Assembly (NCBI GenBank): GCA_951406725.2
Contig: OX597815.1
Coordinates: 214,644,001-214,708,000, forward strand
Reading direction: 5' to 3'
DNA from: Octopus vulgaris
Lineage: Eukaryota
Length of the DNA: 64,000 nucleotides
Shown here: positions 63,151 through 64,000 of the stretch, in pieces
Layout: the number at the start of each line of letters is the position of its first letter
Numbering within the stretch: position 1 is the stretch's first letter
The notes under the pieces: model-generated
The model's input: the letters and a program-made list of their open reading frames with translations, nothing else
The model's database searches: none
Told to the model about the DNA's origin: nothing
Program-made: the position numbers and the translations under genes

Positions 63151-64000
63151 CTGGCAGATTAACATTGTGGAGTAAGTGTGAGAGGCCAAATCTGACCAGT
63201 TCTAACATAAACCAGTTAGAATATTTTGGTCAGATATATCCAGTTAAAATGTTAAAAGGTTAAGACTCAAAGCAGGATAGAAATAATCTATCAATACATT
63301 GGATAATTTCGAATTTGCAAAACACAAGAGGTGGATATTCACGTAATTGATTTGAACTATATTTTCTTCCATAATTTTCTTGTTGCTTAAACTAGTACCA
63401 CATTCAAACACACAGGTCTATGTCCCTATATGTGCGTGTAAATATTTCTAAATTTTTTTTAAAGCCAAATCAATGCTAGTTAAAACAAATAATATAAATC
63501 AAGGATTTGTACTTCTACCTTGTGTTTTGATATTTTGAGGTTAGGACCCTTCTTCAGGAAATCTTCAGAGATATGGTGTCGTGAGTTAAGAAACATGCAC
63601 ATACAATTTTGTGATTTGAATAACAATTATTCATTTTTTTTTTCACAGATAAAGAGGTGGTGTGGGGTGGGGAAAGGGGCTGTTCTCCTACTGAATGAGC
63701 TATGAACTCATGAAGCATGTCAAGACATTTTTTACTTTCCCCTGATATAGAGAATAACGTATTTACATCTGATGAAGTCCAACTCTAAAAGCTTTTCAAA
63801 GCTGTCGTTTAACTAGAAATTCACCCAGTTTTATACATATGTATTTATTTCCCATGCACACAAATGTATATGTGTATATTTATATATACATATATACATA
63901 TTTGTGCATCTGTGTGTGTGTGTGTGTGCACGTTTCTGAATTATGAGATGTGGTTCCGATTAATCCTTCTCCAATCTCTTTCTATGTTTGGCTTTAGATT

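Noticed and set aside
63769-63800. CTGATGA hammerhead core (also at ~34440)
   Set aside because: No GAAA partner or closing stems at suitable spacing

Overview
AT-rich eukaryotic DNA dominated by transposons and microsatellites. The SINE/LINE repertoire and (TA)n/(CA)n/(CAT)n density point to an octopus-like cephalopod (inference, not a database result). I can recognise no intact host gene. The window holds several tRNA-headed SINE families, 5'-truncated RTE-clade LINEs whose RT carries an inserted C4HC3 (PHD-like) finger and whose 3' UTR carries a tandem array of double-hairpin units, and fragments of CR1/L2-group and R4/Dong-like LINEs. It also holds Penelope-like fragments with decayed hammerhead motifs, Helitron-like elements, piggyBac/mariner/hAT-type MITEs and a ~640-bp foldback. 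The signal these features do not explain is in the 'unique' DNA between the repeats (about 7-53 kb). There, hand translation of the minus strand repeatedly gives stop- and frameshift-damaged, protein-like frames that share peptide motifs, which suggests a fossil tandem family or repeated-domain gene I cannot name. All translations and alignments were done by eye, and element boundaries are approximate unless a TSD or TIR is quoted.
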